This document shows positions 13,593 to 25,942 of a stretch of 64,000 bases of DNA, piece after piece. Positions within the stretch are counted from its first letter, which is position 1. Every line of letters starts with the position of its first letter. Under the pieces are notes generated by a model. That model saw only the letters and a list, made by a program, of their open reading frames with translations. It was not told where the DNA came from and made no database searches. This DNA is from Stegostoma tigrinum. Lineage: Eukaryota. A program made the position numbers and the translations under genes. The stretch spans positions 31,850,792 to 31,914,791 of the forward strand of contig NC_081367.1 in assembly GCF_030684315.1 (NCBI RefSeq), written 5' to 3'.

Positions 13593-13793
13593 TCAGAAAT
13601 AATGGGAACTGCAGATGCTGGAGAACCCAAGATAACAAAGTGTGAAGCTGGATGAACACAGCAGGCCAAGCAGCATCTCAGGAGCACAAAAGCTAATGTT
13701 TCTGATGAAGGGTCTAGGCCCGAAATGTCAGCTTTTGTGCTCCTGAGATGCTGCTTGGCCTGCTGTGTTCATCCAGCCTCACATTTTGTTATC
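13593..13793. mobile_element. Miniature palindromic Penelope-like insertion with a hammerhead core in the loop
   Basis: About 74-bp inverted arms (13629-13702 / 13722-13795); TTGTCTCCTGTGAGTA repeated at 13577-13592 and 13794-13809. Confidence 0.92.
13702..13729 (+). ncRNA. Hammerhead ribozyme motif (GAAATGTC variant)
   Basis: CTGATGAAGGGTCTAGGCCCGAAATGTC. Confidence 0.62.
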
Positions 13794-13954
13794 TTGTCTC
13801 CTGTGAGTAGTTGCCTTCTCATGTAGATATACTGTTCCTTCTTCCTGTTTATTTGATCAACAACGGAAAGGCCAAGAGTAAAAAGTAAGATTTGTTGAGT
13901 GGTTTTGCAGTGAGAATTAGGAGAAAAAATACATCAACCCATGTGGTCCACAAG

Positions 13955-14280
13955 GAGGAGTGGTGACTCAGTGGTTAGCACTGCTGCCTCACAGTACCAG
14001 GGACCTGACTTCGATTCCACCCTCAGGTGGTTGTCTATGTGGAATTTGCACATTCTGCACGCTTCCTCATGGGTTTCCTCTAGGTGCTCTAGTTTCATCC
14101 CACAGTTCAAAGATGTGCAGGCTAGGTGGATTGGCCATGCTAAATTGCCCATAATGTTCAGGGATGTGTAGATTAGGTGGGTTATGTGAGATTGGGCTGG
14201 GGGGGATACTCTGAGGGTCAGTGCAGACTTGTTGGGCCAAATGGCCTTCCCCTACACTGTAGGCATTATATGATCTATGA
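13955..14280 (+). mobile_element. HE1-like tRNA-derived SINE
   Basis: A box GTGACTCAGTGGTTAGC, B box CTTCGATTCC, core TTTGCACATTCT...GATTGGCCATGCTAAATTGCCC, CR1-like tail. Confidence 0.88.
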
Positions 14281-15776
14281 AGAAGGCCTTGTTCCAGGAC
14301 AAGCAAAGGTCAACATGGTCTGATATGAAACTCTGAGCCTCATGAGGTGTTGTTACGTAAGCTAAGGGAATGATGTCATGGTTTCAGAAATATAGTCATT
14401 TATGCAATGTGAAGAGGATGAGCATTAAGCATAGGTTGTCCTTTGTTGGCCTGCTCTTTAGGGATAAAGGCTATATCTAAAGCCTCATTATTGTGACAGA
14501 AAATAAGTGGCTACTTTCTGTAAAGTGTCCTTTGCTCAAGCAGAGTTCAAAGATTTCTAGGATTCCAAATTAGGCAATCAAATTCTGGTACGCAGTGCAC
14601 AGTCTGCATAAAAATTGTCTGACTTTGCTGATAAGGAGAGCTTGATTCTATGGCAAAATGTATCAGTACTACAAGTACTTGTTTCATGGTACTCTGAGAG
14701 CACTAGAGGCGTGCATGATGGGTTAAACACACGGTGAACACTAAATTCATAATGAGCTGAGCCAGTGACTTACATGCAGGTTTCCAATCCTTTTTTCCAC
14801 ACTGGTCTACAACTGTGAGCATCTTAAGCACACTGAAGGACTAGATTCTGTTCTCAATCTTCTGAGGAAACACCCCGAACTGCACTGAGGCAAGCTGTGC
14901 ATCTACTCTCATATTGGTGGCATCCATGTATGTATTTGTACGTTCACACATAAATGCTCATATGCAAATGCCTTCCTTTAAGCAACCAACAAAAAGCAGT
15001 TCAAATCTATCGTTCATAATGCCTCTCAGACTCAAAAACCAAAAGAAAACTTTGATTGAAATTTCTTTTAGCATGCATTTAAAACGCATAAATGTATTTT
15101 ACTATTAAAGAGCTTATATACATGTACTAGTCCTCTCTCTCAAAACATTAGTTCCCATTTTCACCGACTTGAAATTACAGTTTCATATTCTTCATTTCAG
15201 TTTTTTAAATTGGATTCCACATTTACTTCTTGCTTGTAATGGACCATCATAAGTCAGATCTCAATCCAGTAGGTTCGGTTTTAGTACTAACAGCCAGTGA
15301 AACACATCTTATAGAGTCATATATTCATACAGCATGGAAACACCCCCTTCAGTCAAACTAGTTCATTGACAACCATAACCCCAAACTAAACTAGTCCCAC
15401 CTGCCTGCATTTGGCCCATATCCCTCCAAACAGTTTTATTCATACTCTTATCTAAATGTCTTTTAAACATTGTAGCTGTACTTGCTTCCATTCTACTGCA
15501 GCTTTTCTTTTCAAAGTTCCTATAAATTCTGAATTTTTGAGTATCTCTGCCTATTTTATGCCAATTTTTTTCAAATCTAATTTTGTCATCTTCCATTTCA
15601 CCCTTTTGGCTTTTATACAGAATAATAATGCTGACCTAGGAGCTATTCTTTAGGCAAGATTAGTAATGTTTTGCAAGGTTTACTTGTAATGTAAGAACTT
15701 TGTTGTTTGAAGTAGAAGAAATTTGCATTTTTATCCAATTAGCATTGCTAAATTGTAAACATAAAAGGAACTTGTT

Positions 15777-16815
15777 AGATAACAAGGTGTAGAGCTGGAT
15801 GAACACAGCAGGCCAAGCAGCATCAGAGGAGCAGGAAAGCTGGTGTTTTGGGACTCTTCTTCAGAAATGGAGGAGGGGAAGGGAATTCTGAAATAAATAG
15901 AGATAGAAGGGGAGGTGAATGTAAGATGGATAAAGGAACAGATAATGTCAAGAGGAGACAGACTGGTCAAAGAGGCGGGCATGGACCCAGTAAAGGTGAG
16001 TGTAGGTGAGGAGTTAGGGTGGGGTTGATCAGTCCAGGGAAGATGGACAGGTCAAGGGGGCAGGGATGAGGCTGGTAGGTAGGATGTTGGGGGGTAGTGG
16101 GGGTGGTAGGAGTGGATAGGTGGGAGAAAATCAGGCAGGTTAGGCTGGCGGAGACAAACTGGGCTGGCTTTGGGATGTGATCAGAGATAATGGGAACTGC
16201 AGATGCTGGAGAATCCAAGAAAACAAAGTGTGGGGCTGGATGAACACAGCAGGCCAAGCAGCATCTTAGGGGCACAAAAGCTGACGCTTCGGGCCTAGAC
16301 CTTTCATCAGAGAGGGGGATGAGGAGAGGATTCTGAAATAAATAGGGAGAAAGGCGGGGGGGCGGACCGAAGATGGATAGAGGAGAAGATAGGTGGAGAG
16401 GAGAGTATGGGTGGGGAGGTAGGGAGGGGATAGATCAGTCCCGGGAGTACAGACAGGTCAAGGGGGGGGGGGGGGGGGGGGCGGGATGAAGTTGGTAGGT
16501 AGGAAATGGAGGTGCAGCTTGAGGTGGGAGGAGGGGGTAGGTGAGAGGAAGAACAGGTTAGGCAGACGGGGATGAGCTGGGCTGGTTTTGGGATGCAGTG
16601 GGGGAAGGGGAGATTTTGAAGCTGGTGAAATCCACATTGATACCACTGGGCTGCAGGGTTCCCACGCGGAATATGAGTAGCTGTTCCTGTAACCTACGGG
16701 TGGCATCATTATGGCACTGCAGGAGGCCCAGGGTGGAGATGTTGTCTAAGGAATGGGAGGGGGAGTTGAAATGGTTTTGGGATGTGGTTTGGGGAGGGGA
16801 GATTTTGAGTCTTGA
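15777..16815 (-). mobile_element. Older Penelope-like pLTR fragment interrupted by a younger Penelope-like copy (16180-16775)
   Basis: Two pLTR 3' ends (about 15777 and 16181); TTTGGGATGTG repeated at 16169-16179 and 16776-16786; hammerhead variants at about 15843-15864 and 16283-16310. Confidence 0.88.
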
Positions 16816-18054
16816 AGTTGTTAGATTTGTTTGAATGTCTTGACCTAGTGATTTTAGCAGTTTGTAACTAGTGCTGCGGTTGTTGCAGTTTCTGTTGAAA
16901 AATCAAATGAGCACAAATGTTCCAACGTATGATGCCAGCATTGAAACAATTAGCTGAAGGCAAAGCTTAATGAACCTTCCTTAACTAAGTGTTAAAATAA
17001 TTGAGAATAATTAAGAATGATTGATCCATCACAAGCTGTTCTCATCATTTTTCTGCTAACAGTTTGCACTGCTAATTTTGTTGAACATTTACACTTTGAA
17101 TTTCAAGAGAAAAAAAAGCTAATTTGAGATTAATATCTGTCATTCTGCTATATTGAAATGAAAGCACAGGGGAGCATTGCTCAGTTCAGATAGTTAATGT
17201 CTTGTTGGTCATATTGTATGGTTTTAATGCCTCTGTTAATATTAAGAGAAACAGGTAATGGACATTAGTTGTCATTGGGGCACATAAATAGAGGGAGCAG
17301 CCATGACACTGGTGACGGGATGAAAAGATTAAGACTGAGCAAACCAATAAACTCTCTCCACAAAGGATATGCATGTGCCTTGTTTCTATGTTACCAACTG
17401 GCTTGGAATCTACCGACACAAATAAAAGTTATGAATTAATTTACAAATTTTCAAAATTTCTGAAACAAAAAATTTCCTCATGTCAGCTAAGGCAGCATAT
17501 ACTAGGTGATTCAATCCAGCGAGAGTTTTTACTAACATTGTTTTGCTTTTTAAGGCAAAGCTAACAACAAACAGATGAGGTGCATCCTATGCCCATCCTA
17601 AATTATATAACTACCGAGTAATGCCTTTGCTACAGGGCTTGTTGTATTTGAACCCAAAGCAGAACTGCTTAATATTCCATATGACAATTTTGTTAGGCAA
17701 GAAGTAACTAAGTGTAAATGCACAGTTGACTCTTTGAATTTGGGAAGGCCAAACTAAAGCATTACAGATCATAGAACTATCAATTCATCAAAATGTAAGT
17801 ACTGTTGTTCAGAAATTAACTTCAAGCAGCCCAGTGTTGTTACTTTGTACAGCCTCTTCATTTCAGGCAACAGCACATGATCGAGGATAAATACTGTATT
17901 GCTTTGTAAACACTTCAGCGATATCATTGTATATTGATGTAAGAACACTGGCTTTTAGTGTCCTGACAAATATATGACAAGGAAACAGGTGAAAAAGCTA
18001 TAGGAAAGATGTTAATATGCTGGAGAGGGTTCAAGAGCAAAAAACAAAAAAAAA

Positions 18055-18960
18055 GAAAATTACAGCACAGAAACAGGCCCTTCGGCCCTCGAAACCTGCG
18101 CTCATCCAGATCCTCTATCTAAACCTGTCGCCTATTTTCCAAGGATCTGTATCCCTCTGCTCCCTGCCCATGCATGTATCTGTCTAGATACATCTTAAAT
18201 GATGCTATCATGCCTGCCTCTACCACCTCCACTGGCAATGAGTCCCAGGCACCCTCCACCCTCTATGTAAAGAACTTTCCACGCATATCTCCCTTAAACT
18301 TTTCCCGTCTCACCTTGAAATCATGACCCCTAGTAATTGAGTCCCCCACTCTGGGGAAAAGCTTCTTATTATCCACCCAGTCTATACCCCTCATGATTTT
18401 GTAGACCTCTATCATGTTCTGCCTCAACCTCTGTCTTTCTAATGTAAATAATCCTAATCTATTCAGCCCCTCTTCAAAAAGAAGATCTTCAGAAGAGATG
18501 AGTCAGGATGTTGCCGAGTATGTAAGGTTTGAATGATACAGAAAGGTTGGATAGGCTGGAACTTTTTCCATTGGAGTGTAGGAGATGGAAAGGTGACCTT
18601 ATGAAAGTTTTTAAAATAATGGGGGGTACAGATAAAATTAATGGCAGGTGTCTTCTCTAGGCTGGGAGGTATCAACACTAATGGGCATGCTTTTAAAGTA
18701 AGAGGGGAGAGATTTAAAAAAGACACGGGGGCAAATGTTTTATACAGAGGGTGGTTCACATGTGGAATGAACGTCCTGAGGTTGTGATGGATATGGGCAC
18801 AGTTACAACGTTTAAAAGACGCTTAGCTAAGTATATGAATAGGAAAGGTTTGGAGAGATATGAGCCAGCAGCAGGCAGGTGAGAAAAGTTTAGTTTAGGA
18901 TTACGCTCAGTATGGTCTGTGAGACCAAAGGATCTGTTTCTGTGCCATATGACTCTATAA
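18055..18960. mobile_element. Two adjacent CR1 3' fragments in opposite orientation (about 18055-18465 minus, about 18490-18960 plus)
   Basis: CR1 3' UTR motif CACAGAAACAGGCCCTTCGGCCC; the plus piece has decayed RLELFPLECRR and FIQRVVH.WN. Confidence 0.8.
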
Positions 18961-19227
18961 TTCTTGATTTTACTAGTCACCAAGGAACTATTTAGTGTTT
19001 ACCAAACATCTTAAGCCTTGGGGTGAATGGGCTATACAATACAGGTCAGCAAAATGTTTACCTGCAAGAAAGACTACATTAATTAACAGCTTTGGTGTTC
19101 AGACAATTGGAATGACTTGGAACCCCTTTATAAATGTCAAGCAAGGCCAAAAGTCTGAGATTCCTGATCCCATTCCTGGAAATTCTGATTTGTAGGATTT
19201 CCTTTTTAAGGATGCAAGATGATTTGG

Positions 19228-19473
19228 GTCTAGCCCAAAGAACATTTGTTTTTGATTTGATTTGTTATTGTCACATGTATCTAAGTACAGTGTAAAGTTT
19301 GTTTTTGCTTGCAGTATGGGCAGATCATACCATATAAAGTGCAGTAGAGTAATGGAACACAGTGAAGAATATAATGTTCTGAAACAATTTATAGAAATAA
19401 AATATACCTCATTGACTCTTAGCATTTCTTGTGCATCATTGCTTCTTTTCAAAGTATGTTTTTAAGCTATACT
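19228..19473 (+). repeat. 246-bp direct repeat, second copy at 21296-21541
   Basis: Both run GTCTrGCCCAAAGAACATT...TTTAAGCTATACT; ORFs 19262 and 21336 give near-identical translations. Confidence 0.9.
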
Positions 19474-19914
19474 ACGCCTGGTAGTGCTATCCTGACCAGC
19501 TCAATTGCAGGAAGAGGCGTGCACTAGCCCTCTGTGATTTTCATAACGTTATACTGTTCATTTTAGAAAATATAATGGTTCACAGAATCTCAGAGGTGTC
19601 AGAAACCATAATCTAGATGACGAAACCCTTTGCAATGCAAGTTCAAAAGGTCTTCCTTAAGTCCCAGTTTGTCGATATATGACTCACCCCCTCCCCTCAT
19701 AACTCAATGCCAGGTTATAGTTTTGCCAAACAATCCTTATGGCTTCTCATATCCCACATATCAAGTTGTGCCCTATACCCAACCTATATGGCCTCTCATC
19801 CCCATCCCATAGTATGAACCTTGCAATTCCCCTATATTCTTATAACCTCCATGTCGAGCTATGCACTCCCATGTTCATTGACCCACTATAAACTGTATAG
19901 AAGCAATGAACACT

Positions 19915-20966
19915 GTATAAACATATGAACCAAGAGCCTCAAACCTATTTCATCATTCAATAAGATCAGGGCTGACTTGATTGTAACCTCACATTCACAT
20001 TCTGCCTATGCTTGATAACCTTTCACCCCTTAATAAGAAGCTATGCACTTCTGCCTTGGAAAATATGAAAAGATTGAAAAGTCTGAAAAGACTGTGCTTC
20101 CACCACCTTTTCAGAGAGAGTCTCAAAGATTTTGACCACTACTAAAAAACAATTATTCTCATCTTTTTTTTAACTGGGCAACTTCTGAATGTTAAACAGT
20201 GATCTAAGTACTAGATTATCTTAGAAGAGGAGACATTGTCTGTCAAGACCCCTCAGGGCCTTGTATGTTGCAAACAAGTCTCCTCTTAATCTTTTAAACT
20301 CCAGCAGGTATAAGCCTAACCTGTCTAATCTTTCCTTGTGAGATAGCTTGTACATTCCAAGTATTACTTTGGTAAACACTCTCTGGTCTGATTCCAATGC
20401 AGCTACATCCTTCCTCAAATAAGATGGTCAGCACAGTTTCCCAGGTATAGTCTCACCAGTAGTCTGTATAATGGAAACCCTGTAAGCTTCCTACCTTCTT
20501 ATTCATAGTGATAACATTCTAGTAGATTTGCTTTTACATGCTGTACCTACATTCTAGTTTTCTGTGATTCACGCATGAGGACACCTGGATCCCTCTGCAC
20601 CTTGGAGATCTACAATCAATCAACATTTAGATAATGCGCTTCTTCTTTATTCTTGCTGCCAAAATAGAAAGCTTTACACTTTCCCACATTATAGTTCATT
20701 TGGAAGATCTTTGTGCATTCACATAACCTATCAATATATGTTTGTAACTTCTTTATGTCCTTTTCACAATTATCATTCTTACCCACCTTTGTGTCATCAG
20801 CTAATTTAGCCACCATATCTTCTGTCTCTTCATCCAAGTAAGTTTTATATGAATTGTAAACAGGTAAGGATTGATCCCTGTGGCACACCACTTGTTACAT
20901 CCTACCAGGCAGAAAAAGACCCATTTATGACCACTTCTTGTTTCCTGTTTACCAGCCAATCTTCCA
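19915..20966 (-). mobile_element. Decayed CR1 RT/3' region
   Basis: ORFs 20616..20891 (AKLADDTKVG) and 20221..20418 (RLGLYLLEFKRLRGDL). Confidence 0.85.
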
Positions 20967-22079
20967 CAGTGCAAGTAAAGCATGAAAAAAAAGCTTACAA
21001 AGAAAGATTATTCATTGGTAATATTCTACCTTCTTTTTTTTAAGAAAAACTGACATTTACTGCAGCCCAATTAAAGGTGAAAGCCAATAATCTTGTGGAT
21101 ATAAACAGAGTGAAATTGATTACAGCAATAAGAGAATGGAGGTACTAATCAGTTTGAGGTTGTGGTTGTCTCAACAGTGTATTGGAGGTCTGGGCTCTCA
21201 GCCAAGCCATGATCTATATGTATGAATGATTTTTGAACATAAATGTGATCATACAAAAAATACATTTAACTTAAGTTGCGAGATTGAATTTTGCAGTCTG
21301 GCCCAAAGAACATTCATTTTTGATTTGATTTATTATTGTCACATGTACCTAAGTCCAGTGTCAAGTTTGGTTTTGCTTGTAGTATGAGCAGATCATACCA
21401 TACAAGGTGCAGTAGAGTAATGAAACAGAGTGAAGAATACAATGTTCTGAAGCAATTTATAGAAACAAAATGTACCACATTGACTCTTAGCATTTCTTGT
21501 GCATCATTGTTTCTTTTTATGATATGTTTTTAAGCTATACTTTTTTTAACCAAAGAATGGATTAATGATGTTTCTGGACCTGGGCCAATGTCACATGGAA
21601 GCTGACTATTCAAGATGGGAAAGATAACAGTTTCTCCAAACTTACCTTTCTCCTTGAGCAAAATGCCTCATTTCCATTCAGTAACAGCCACATACATAGT
21701 TGGGATATACGGAATGGTGTTTCCAACATGAAGGATTGGTTCTAACTGGTCAAACTGCAAATACGCTTTGTGTACTATTCTGGTTTCTAAGCTGATGCTC
21801 CCCAAATTATGACAAAGAAATTCCCTAAACCTACTTAGGTAGTATAGGCTTCTAAGGAAAGGAAACATGCAGTTTTTATTAGGATAACAGACATTCAACA
21901 GACCTTTTTGTTCCAAAGTAGCTTGGTTCACAGACATGATTGTTCAACATGATTTAAAAAGTACAATTGACACTGCATGTGTTAAGAAATGCTGTTTTCG
22001 AAAACTACGTTGCAAATAATACGTTCTAAATTTGACTTTTCTAATAGCTGTATTTCGTTCACCGGATATCTTAACTTAT

Positions 22080-24520
22080 TTTATTTATTCAAGTAATGTG
22101 GGCATTCTAAGTGACCTTGAGGAGGCAATGGTAAGCTGCCAAAAGATTGAAGCCCTTGACAAGATACGATGAAACAATCACACTGTTGTTAGGAAGGAAT
22201 TTGCAGGAGTTTGGCCAAGCAACAAATAAGGAACAGTGTTAAAGTTCCAACTCAGGGTAGTATGTTTCCTGGAAGGGAACTTGTAAATGGTGTGCTCCCC
22301 TGTATTTGCTTCCCTTTACCTTCACGGAGGTAGAAGATGTGAATTTGGAAGTTGTTGTTGAAGGAATCTTGGTGCGTTGTTGCAATGCACCTTGTAAATG
22401 GTACACATTGCTACCAGTAAGCATCGCTGGTGGAGTGAGTGAATGTTGAAGGTGATGGATGGGGTGTTTTTTTCCTAGATGGTGTCAAACTTCCTGAGTG
22501 CTGTTGGAGCTGCATTCAGGCAAGTGTTGCACCTTCCATCTTGATTTGTGCCTTGTAGACGGTGAACTCGCTTTGAAGAATCTGGAGATGAATTAGATTA
22601 GATTCCCTAAAGAGTGGAAATAGGCCCTTTGGCCCAACAAGTCCACACTACCCCTTGGAGCATCCCACCCAGACCATCCCCCTATAACCCACAAACCCCT
22701 GAACACTACGGGCAATTTAGCATGGCCGACCCACCTAGCCTGCACACCTTAGAAATGTGGGAGGAAACTGGAGCACCTGAAGGAAACCCACGCAGACTCG
22801 GGGAGAATGTGCAACTTCACACAGACAGTTACCCAAGGCTGGAATCGAACCCGGGTCCCTGGTGCTGTGAGGCTGCAGTGCTAACCACTGAGCCACCGTG
22901 CCGCCCTAAAATTATCTGCCACAGAGTTCCCAGACCCTGATCTGTCCTTGTATCCACAATATTTACATGCTGGCCCAGCTTGGTTTCTGGTCAATGGTAG
23001 CTACCAGCATGTGAATAGTTGGAGAATCAAGTAACAATGATTGGAACCTCTCCTGCTAGAGATGTCTTTGTCTAGCATCTGTGTAGTATAATGTTACTTG
23101 CTACTTATCAGCCCAAGCCTAAATGTTGCCCAGGTCTTGCTGCATTGAACATTGTCTGTTTCAGTGTGGGAAGTCTGGAATAATGCTGAACATTGTGCAA
23201 TCATCATTGAACATCCCCACTTCTGACCTTATGATGGAGGGAAGGTCAATGAATCAGCTGAAGACAGTTGGGCTTAGGACACTACCTTGAGGAACTACTG
23301 ACGTGTAGTACTTAGATCGAGATGTTTGATGCAATTACAATAACCACTTTCCTTTTGCTAGGTATAATTCCAAACAGTGGAGGTTTTCCTTCTTCATTCT
23401 CATTGATTTCAATTTTCCCAGGGCCCCTTCTCACCCAGTCAATACTGCATTGATGTTAAGGACAGTCAACCTTCCTGCCCCTCTCGAGTCAATTCTTTTT
23501 TGTCCATATTTGAAACAAGACTGTATTGCCGTCACAAGCAGAGCAAACATAGAGAAATCCAAATAGAGCTTCAATGCGTAGATTGTTGTTAAGTAAGTGC
23601 TGCTTCATAGCACTGTCAATGACATCTTATGTTACTTTGCTAGTGACTGAGGTTAGGGTGATGGGGTGGTAATTGGTTGGTTTGCTTTTGGCATACTTTT
23701 GAGGACAGGACATACTTGGGCTTTTTCCCTCATTGCTACATAGATCCTAGTGTTGTAACCACATCAGAACAGGTTGGCTTAGGTATGCCAATCCTGGACC
23801 ATTATTCTTCTGCACTATTGCTGTAATGGTGATAGGGCCCACAGCCTTTTCAGTATCCAGTGTCTTCAGCCATTCTTGGTATCAAGTGGAGTGTATCAAA
23901 TTGGTTGAGGAATGGCATCTGTGATGATGGAGAACCCCAGAGGAGTTTGAGATGGATCATCCACACAGCAAATCTGGCGAAGTTACCTGAAAATGTTTTT
24001 ACCTCATCAATTGCAACGAAATGCTATGCAACCCTTTCACTGAGGATGAAATATTTGTGAAGTCTCCTCTACCAGTGAATTATTTTAATTGACTTCATTG
24101 GCAGTTTGTTAGGACTGCAAAGCTTCAATCTGAAATGTTAGGTGTGGAATTGCTTAGCTCTGTCAATGACTTGCTGCTTATGATTCTTGGAATGCAATTA
24201 ATCCTGCATTGTAGCTTCATCAGGTTGATATCTAAGTTTTAGATTGATGCTTAATGCTGCTGCTGGCATGACCTCCTGCCTTTGTGACTAGGTTAGAGTT
24301 GATTCTCTAGTTTAGTGCTATTGCTAGAGTCAGATTAAAGATTGCCATTGAGTAAAATTCTGCTGTTGATGGCACAGCATCTAATCTGGAGTTGTGACAT
24401 TGGTTCAAAATTTTTCCCATTCAGCATATCAGTAATGCCACACAAATTGATGGAGAGATCCTCAATACGAAGGTGGGACTTCATCTCCACAACATTCTGA
24501 CCAACACTTCCAATGACAAA
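22080..24520 (-). mobile_element. Long decayed non-LTR retrotransposon remnant (clade not resolved)
   Basis: Pieces of related sequence recur on the + strand at about 2250-2430, 4100-4790, 5885-6330, 9340-9970 and 51480-52250; no intact ORF. Confidence 0.5.
22591..22906 (-). mobile_element. HE1-like SINE (well preserved)
   Basis: Reverse complement GGCGGCACGGTGGCTCAGTGGTTAGC...GGGTTCGATTCC; (TCTAA)n tail; AATTA on both sides. Confidence 0.92.
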
Positions 24521-25159
24521 TTTCACTGTGAAAAACCTATGGAAATTTAACATTTGTGAAACCTGATTTTGTGTTACCCTCTCAGCTGAAGTTTATATCT
24601 TGATTCTGAATTTCATTTGGATCTTTAAGACATTCCAGCTGTATTTTCTGGTTATTAATTTTATCACTAAAGTACAGTTGTGATTATAATATTGCATATG
24701 AAAGTCAGACCAAACTTTCCGGCATTTTCCGTTAAAGACTTGGACTTTATTTTGGAAACAGGCTACCTACTGAAATTATAAAATCTGCTTTCGGAAATAA
24801 GGTTGTATTTGATAATAAAACTTGCAGGTGAAACTAGCAACACATTAAAAAAGGAATTGTATTATAAGGTCACATTGAATATTGCTTCAAACAATGGACA
24901 GCAAAAAGAAGAGCTATGCTTGTAATGAGAATGATGAGGGTAGGATTTCAGCGAGAGCCCCATTTATAGCTCATCATGAATTACAATGCACAGGGCCTGG
25001 AGCCAGTAAGAACCCACTTATGATGATGATGTGAGACAGGCAATTCTAATTCTCAGGCCTCATTTACGATGCTGTCAGAAAGACTTTTCTGAAACCCAAA
25101 TGGAATCATTGTACATTATCATGGTGCAACTTCCATAAATCCAAGGGAACAGCACTGCT

Positions 25160-25488
25160 ACTTGGGGCAGCACAGTGGCCCAGTGGTTAACACTGCTGTC
25201 TCATAGCACCAAGGACAAAGGTTCAATTCCACCCTTGGGCGACTGTCTGTGTGGAGTGTGTACATTCCCCCCAAGTCTGCGTGGGTTTCGTCTGGGTGCT
25301 CCAGTTTCCTCCACGGTCCAAAGAAGTGCAGGCCAGGTAGATTGGCCATGCTAAATTCCCCACAGTGTTTAGGGATGCATAGATTAGGTGGGTTATAGGC
25401 GGATGGGTCTGGGTGAGATGATAGAGAGTCAGTGTGGACTTATTGGGCCAAAGGGCCTGTTTTCACACTATAGAGAATTCTATGATCT
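25160..25488 (+). mobile_element. HE1-like SINE
   Basis: GTGGCCCAGTGGTTAAC / GGTTCAATTCC boxes and the conserved core. Confidence 0.88.
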
Positions 25489-25942
25489 GTTAAGTTGAGT
25501 GGTTAAGGAAGGGAATCCTGCTAGGTATTAAATAAAGACAAAGGCTTACTTATAGGAGCACTCTTGTTCCTCTTGACCCAAAAGACAGACTTCAAACACA
25601 TTTAATATCAGCTTATCTTGGTTTCTTCTGGCCAAGGGGGAGGTTCCAGAAGACCGAAGGGTAGCTAATTTGGTGCCATTATTTAAGAAAGGTGGTAAGG
25701 AAAAACCAGGGAACTATAGACTAGCGAGCCTGACATCAGTAGTGGCCAAGTTGTTGGAGGAGAGTCTGAAGGACAGGATTTACATGCATTTAGAAAGGCA
25801 AGGATTAAGGATGGTCAACATGGCTTTGTGCATGGGAAATCTAGTCTCGCTGACTTGATTGGCTTTTTTGAAGATTTAACAAAGAGGATTGATGAAGGCA
25901 GAGTGGTGGACATTGTCTATATGGGCTTCAGTAAGGCATTTA

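Noticed and set aside
13960-14030. tRNA gene-like A/B boxes
   Set aside because: They are SINE heads followed by the SINE core and tail, not cloverleaf tRNA genes.
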